Both the position numbers and the translations under genes were made by a program. Of a DNA stretch of 41,429 nucleotides, positions 37,094-41,429 are shown in pieces. How positions within the stretch are numbered: position 1 is the stretch's first letter; each line of letters begins with the position of its first letter. Below the pieces are notes generated by a model. It did not search any database. It saw only the letters and a program-made list of their open reading frames with translations, and was not told the origin of the DNA. This stretch comes from an uncultured Rhodospirillaceae bacterium (GTDB lineage Bacteria; Pseudomonadota; Alphaproteobacteria; UBA8366), in contig CAYYBI010000100.1 of NCBI GenBank assembly GCA_964469835.1, positions 1 through 41,429 on the forward strand. Direction: 5' to 3'.

Positions 37094-37860
37094 CCCCGGG
37101 CCGCATTGTTCTGACCGCGCTCCCCGGCATACCGCTCGTGAATCCGGGAGATGATCTCCCGGCGCTTATCCTGGCGGCGGTCGACCGTGCGGGCGAAAAA
37201 TTGCAAGACGGTGATATCCTGATCGTGGCGCAAAAGATCGTTTCGAAAGCCGAGGACCGATATGCGGCCCTGAGCACGGTCACGCCGTCGGCGCGCGCGA
37301 TCGAGCTTGCGGAGCAAACCGACAAGGATCCGCGCCTGGTCGAGTTGATCCTGACCGAGACGCGCCGCGTGGTCCGGCATCGGCCAAACCTGCTAATCGT
37401 CGAACACAAACTCGGTTTCGTTCTCGCGAATGCAGGTATCGATGCGTCCAATGTCGGCGCCAGGGCGGATGGCGAGACGGTCCTGCTGCTGCCGGCGGAT
37501 CCCGATGCGTCCTGCCATGCACTGCGACAAACCCTGCGGGAGGCCTCGGGCGCCTCAATCGCGGTGGTCATGAACGACAGCGTCGGCCGGGCCTGGCGGA
37601 AAGGCACCGTCGGCATGGCGCTCGGCGCTTCGGGGCTGCAATCCCTACTCGATCTGCGGGGCGACGAAGACCTGTTCGGCCGGCCGCTCCGCGTGTCCAT
37701 GGTCGGCCTGGCGGATCAAATCGCCGCCGCCGCGTCCCTGGTTCAGGGCGAAGGTAACGAGGGCATGCCAGTAGCGCTCCTGCGCGGCTTTTCGCCCGCG
37801 TCATCCGACGAGAATGCGGCCGAGTTGATCCGCGAGCCGGACGAGGATTTGTTTCGGTGA
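37090..37860 (+). CDS. cofE: coenzyme F420-0:L-glutamate ligase (stand-alone CofE type)
   Basis: 256 aa. It reads LPGIPLV.PGDDL...I........L.DGDILIVAQKIVSKAE.R......ANAGID.SN, which are CofE/FbiB N-domain motifs. It has no C-terminal nitroreductase-like extension. GTGA overlaps occur at both ends. Confidence 0.88.
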   Translation: MTPGRIVLTALPGIPLVNPGDDLPALILAAVDRAGEKLQDGDILIVAQKIVSKAEDRYAALSTVTPSARAIELAEQTDKDPRLVELILTETRRVVRHRPNLLIVEHKLGFVLANAGIDASNVGARADGETVLLLPADPDASCHALRQTLREASGASIAVVMNDSVGRAWRKGTVGMALGASGLQSLLDLRGDEDLFGRPLRVSMVGLADQIAAAASLVQGEGNEGMPVALLRGFSPASSDENAAELIREPDEDLFR

Positions 37861-38819
37861 ACGGCGATCCGGATCCGCGCTGCATCGCGCTCTCGGGCGG
37901 TGTCGGCGGCGCGAAGCTGGCGCTCGGCCTGACCCACGCCATGGATCCCAGACAGCTCTTGATCGTCGCCAATACCGGCGATGATTTCGAGCATTTGGGC
38001 CTGTCCATATGTCCGGACCTGGATACGCTGACCTATACACTCGCTGGACTCGCCAACGCCGAAACAGGCTGGGGCAGGGCGGATGAGGGCTGGCGTTTCA
38101 TGGAGTCCCTCGAAGCACTCGGCGGCGAAACGTGGTTCCAGCTCGGCGACCGCGACCTCGCGCTGCACGTGGAACGAACCCGGCGGCTAGCGACCGGCGA
38201 GCCCCTGACCCGGATCACCGCCGACATTTGCGGGCGGCTCGGAATCGAGGCGGCGGTTGTGCCCATGAGCGACGACCCGATCCGCACCATCGTGGAAACC
38301 ACGGGAGGGCCGATACCGTTTCAACACTATTTCGTGCGAGAACAGTGCAAGCCGGCGGTAAAGGGATTCCATTTCGGCGGCGCCAACGATGCCCGGCCGA
38401 ACCGGAAATTTCTCAAAGCGCTGAAAGATCCCGTATTGGAATCCATCGTCATCTGCCCGTCCAACCCGTTTATCAGCGTCGACCCCATCCTGGCGCTGCC
38501 CGGTGTATCGGACGCGCTTGCCGCCAGCACGGCACCGATCATCGCCGTTTCACCCATCGTCGGCGGCCGCGCGCTCAAGGGTCCGACTGCAAAGATGATG
38601 GACGAACTGGGATTGCAGACCGACGCCGTCGAAATTGCCCGGCATTACAGCAAATTGCTGAATGGTTTCGTGGTCGACCGAACCGATGCGGCGTTGGCGC
38701 CGGCGGTCGAGTCGCTCGGCATCGAAGTGCGGGTCGCCGAGACGGTCATGCAAAGCAGGGACGACAAGATCGCCTTGGCCGAAACCGTTTTATCTTTTGC
38801 GCAGGACCTCAAACCTTAA
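37857..38819 (+). CDS. cofD: 2-phospho-L-lactate transferase (FO phosphotransferase)
   Basis: Contains IALSGGVGGAKLALGL...LIVANTGDDFEHLGL.ICPDLDT..YTLAG, which is characteristic of CofD/FbiA. 320 aa. Confidence 0.92.
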   Translation: MNGDPDPRCIALSGGVGGAKLALGLTHAMDPRQLLIVANTGDDFEHLGLSICPDLDTLTYTLAGLANAETGWGRADEGWRFMESLEALGGETWFQLGDRDLALHVERTRRLATGEPLTRITADICGRLGIEAAVVPMSDDPIRTIVETTGGPIPFQHYFVREQCKPAVKGFHFGGANDARPNRKFLKALKDPVLESIVICPSNPFISVDPILALPGVSDALAASTAPIIAVSPIVGGRALKGPTAKMMDELGLQTDAVEIARHYSKLLNGFVVDRTDAALAPAVESLGIEVRVAETVMQSRDDKIALAETVLSFAQDLKP

Positions 38820-38889
38820 GCGCGGCTGGTGCATCGCTTCACCTGTTTGATATAGTTACCCCTCGCCTCCGTCGGAACACGAAATAATA

Positions 38890-39591
38890 ATGGGAAACAC
38901 GCGCATGTGGGGGGTACTGCCGGCCAAAGACTTCGCGGACGCCAAGCAGCGTCTGGCGGGGGCGTTGAGCGCGCCGGAACGCCGCCAATTGTTCCGTACG
39001 ATGTTCGCCGATGTGCTGGCGGCGCTCACGGCGACCCCGTCGCTGGATGGGATCGCGGTGATTACCCGTGACGCAGAAGCGGCCGAGATGGGCACCCTGC
39101 ATGGCGCGCGCATCCTCAGCGAGCCGGAAAACCTCGGCCAGACGGAGGCGGTCAACCGCGCCGTGGCGGTTCTCGTCGCCGACGGTGTTGCTGGCGTTGC
39201 AACCTTTCCCGGCGACATCCCGCTTGCCGACCCGGTCGAGATCGAGACCGTGCTGCACCGCCACCGCGATACGACGCCGCCCGCCATGACCATCGTGCCG
39301 GCGCATGACCGGCGCGGATCCAACTGCATTGCACTCTCGCCACCCACGCTGATTCAGTTTCGTTTCGGCAACGACAGTTTCACGCCGCACCTTGCCGCCG
39401 CGCGCGCCCAAAAAATCGAGCCTACCATCCTGGACTTGCCGGGCCTCGCGCTCGACATCGATACGCCGGAAGATCTACGACTTCTGCTGGCGCGGCCGGG
39501 CGACACGCGCACCCATGCCTATCTGGAGGACAGCGGCATCGCCAACCGGCTGCGGACGTCCAGCGCCATCGCAAAGGAACTGGCCCGATGA
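38890..39591 (+). CDS. cofC: 2-phospho-L-lactate (or PEP/3-PG) guanylyltransferase
   Basis: MobA-like fold with WGVLPAKDFADAKQRL...R..L...M..DVL.AL and PGDIPL, the CofC/FbiD pattern. The start is ATG 38890 or ATG 38905. The stop overlaps the fbiC ATG. Confidence 0.8.
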   Translation: MGNTRMWGVLPAKDFADAKQRLAGALSAPERRQLFRTMFADVLAALTATPSLDGIAVITRDAEAAEMGTLHGARILSEPENLGQTEAVNRAVAVLVADGVAGVATFPGDIPLADPVEIETVLHRHRDTTPPAMTIVPAHDRRGSNCIALSPPTLIQFRFGNDSFTPHLAAARAQKIEPTILDLPGLALDIDTPEDLRLLLARPGDTRTHAYLEDSGIANRLRTSSAIAKELAR

Positions 39592-41429
39592 TGCCGTCGA
39601 CCCGAAGAGTGTTGCACGAAGTCCGCCTCGGGTATCGGCCGAACGATGACGCGGCGCGCCGGCTCGCGCGCGAAGGCGACCTGCCCCCCCTGATGAACGC
39701 CGCGGCAGCCTTGCGCGATCAAGGGCATGGCCCGTTTGTCAGCTATTCCCGCAAAGTCTTCATTCCGCTCACCACGCTGTGCCGCGACGTCTGCCACTAT
39801 TGCACCTTCGCGAAGCCGCCGCGCGAGGGGCAGTCCGCGTATATGACGCCCGAGGAAGTGTTGGCGGTGGCACGCGCCGGCGCCGAGGCGGGTTGCCAGG
39901 AAGCGCTGTTCACCCTCGGCGACAAGCCGGAATTGCGCTACCGCATGGCGCGCGAAGAACTGAAGGCGCTGGGATACGACAGCACGATTTCCTATCTGCA
40001 CGCGATGGCAAAATTGGTGTTCGAGGAAACCGGTCTGTTTCCGCACGTCAATCCCGGCGTGATGTCGGCGGCGGAAATTAAAACGCTGCGCACGGTGTCG
40101 ATTTCACAGGGCATCATGCTGGAAAGCGCATCGCCGCGGCTGTGCGAAAAAGGCGGCCCGCACTACGGATCACCTGACAAGGCCCCGGCGGCGCGGCTGG
40201 AATCGATGCGCCATGCGGGCGTTGAGCGTGTTCCCTTCACGACCGGCATCCTGATCGGCATTGGCGAAACCCGGAAGGAACGGGTCGAATCGCTTCTCGC
40301 ATTGCGCGCGCTGAACGACGAATACGGTCATCTGCAGGAAATCATCATTCAGAATTTCCGCGCCAAATCCCACACCAAGATGGCGGCGGCGGCGGAACCG
40401 GACCTGAACGATTTATGCTGGACCATCGCGGTGGCGCGGCTACTGTTCGGCCCGGACATGAATATCCAGGCACCGCCAAACTTGAGTCCCGGGGGCCTAA
40501 GAAAATTGATCGGTGCCGGCATCAACGATTGGGGCGGCGTCTCGCCGGTGACGCCGGATCACGTAAACCCGGAGGCGCCCTGGCCGCATCTTGATGCGCT
40601 CGCCCGGCAAACCGCCGCCGTGGGCAAGGTGCTGGTCGCGCGGCTCGCCACATATCCGAATTATCTGGCGGACCCGGAACGCTGGTTCGATAACGCCTTC
40701 CAGGTGCCGATCCGGCGCGCCATCGACAGCGAATATTTTGCCCGAACCGACGGCTGGCTGCCGGGCGCGCAAAGCGCGCTGCCGCGACCCAATCCGGCGC
40801 CGGGTACCGCCCGTCCGGAGATTCGTGGCATTCTCGACCGGGCGGTCGAGGGCGCCCGCCTGACCGAACGCGAGATCGTGCGGCTGTTCCAGGCTCGGGG
40901 CCATGAATTCGATGCGGTCTGCGACGCCGCCGACCAGCTGCGGCGGCGGGTCAACGGCAAAGTGGTGACCTATGTGGTCAACCGCAACATCAACTATACG
41001 AATGTCTGCTATTTTCGCTGCCAGTTCTGCGCCTTTTCCAAAGGAAAGCTTAGCGAGAACCTGCGCGGCAAACCGTACCTGCTCGATCTCGACGAAATTC
41101 AGCGCCGCAGCGAGGAAGCCTGGGCGCGCGGTGCCACCGAAGTCTGCATGCAGGGAGGCATCCATCCGGATTACACCGGCGAAACCTATCTGGAAATTTG
41201 CCGGCGGGTGAAGGCGGCGTTGCCGGATATTCACATCCACGCCTTCACGCCGCTGGAAGTCTGGCAGGGCGCCAAAACCCTGGACATGACGGTGGGCGAC
41301 TACCTCGACGCGCTGCGGGAGGCGGGTCTCGGCACCTTGCCCGGTACCGCAGCGGAAATTCTCGACGATTCAGTGCGGGCCATCATTTGCCCCGACAAGG
41401 TATCGACCGACCAATGGCTCGAAGTCATG
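39588..41429 (+). CDS. fbiC: FO synthase (7,8-didemethyl-8-hydroxy-5-deazariboflavin synthase), fused CofG-CofH; 3' end outside window
   Basis: Hand translation from the ATG at 39588 is open for 614 codons to the window end. The first radical-SAM motif CRDVCHYC (39779-39802) lies in a CofG-like half. The second motif CYFRCQFC (41007-41030) lies in a CofH-like half. It is absent from the ORF track because it has no stop in the window. Confidence 0.93.
   Translation, partial: MMPSTRRVLHEVRLGYRPNDDAARRLAREGDLPPLMNAAAALRDQGHGPFVSYSRKVFIPLTTLCRDVCHYCTFAKPPREGQSAYMTPEEVLAVARAGAEAGCQEALFTLGDKPELRYRMAREELKALGYDSTISYLHAMAKLVFEETGLFPHVNPGVMSAAEIKTLRTVSISQGIMLESASPRLCEKGGPHYGSPDKAPAARLESMRHAGVERVPFTTGILIGIGETRKERVESLLALRALNDEYGHLQEIIIQNFRAKSHTKMAAAAEPDLNDLCWTIAVARLLFGPDMNIQAPPNLSPGGLRKLIGAGINDWGGVSPVTPDHVNPEAPWPHLDALARQTAAVGKVLVARLATYPNYLADPERWFDNAFQVPIRRAIDSEYFARTDGWLPGAQSALPRPNPAPGTARPEIRGILDRAVEGARLTEREIVRLFQARGHEFDAVCDAADQLRRRVNGKVVTYVVNRNINYTNVCYFRCQFCAFSKGKLSENLRGKPYLLDLDEIQRRSEEAWARGATEVCMQGGIHPDYTGETYLEICRRVKAALPDIHIHAFTPLEVWQGAKTLDMTVGDYLDALREAGLGTLPGTAAEILDDSVRAIICPDKVSTDQWLEVM

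Noticed and set aside
38820-38889. 70-nt AT-richer gap between cofD and cofC as a riboswitch or small gene
   Set aside because: It is too short and shows no convincing stem-loops or ORF. It is more simply an internal spacer or weak internal promoter region of the F420 operon.

Overview
GC-rich alphaproteobacterial chromosome segment. The GltD/GltB sequences and the gltD-before-gltB order recall Azospirillum/Rhodospirillales, but that is from memory, not a search. It is almost entirely housekeeping and metabolic genes.

Gene content, in order:
- (-) thrS-infC ... rpmI-rplT-pheS translation cluster, interrupted by three opposite-strand redox genes.
- (-) two LPS-type glycosyltransferases.
- Assorted hydrolase, SDR, TPR and GST genes.
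- (-) gltD-gltB glutamate synthase.
- uppP, an NDUFA9-like gene, tRNA-Leu(CAG) and rnd.
- (+) the conserved kpsF-lptC-lptA-lptB-rpoN-hpf-ptsN block.
- (-) an hsp20-DUF1150 heat-shock pair with an RpoH-type promoter and a ROSE-like leader.
- An uncharacterised catabolic-looking module: MmgE/PrpD, split AtuA-like DUF1446 + DUF4387, and a type II haloacid dehalogenase.
- An M20 glutamate-carboxypeptidase-like gene and an unknown lipoprotein.
- (+) a complete-looking coenzyme F420 biosynthesis operon (fno/npdG-cofE-cofD, then cofC-fbiC) that runs off the 3' end.

I see no CRISPR array, transposase, integrase, phage genes or recognisable defence system. None of the CDSs looks like a new multi-gene system.

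The items most worth follow-up are:
- the proteobacterial F420 operon with a stand-alone CofE;
- the orphan MmgE/PrpD-AtuA-like-HAD module;
- a ~100-nt multi-helix element between rpoN and hpf;
- the ROSE-like hsp20 leader.

Many long ORFs in the supplied track are antisense shadow ORFs typical of GC-rich DNA and were rejected. The track also treats GTG and TTG as Met starts, so several gene starts were re-evaluated by hand.
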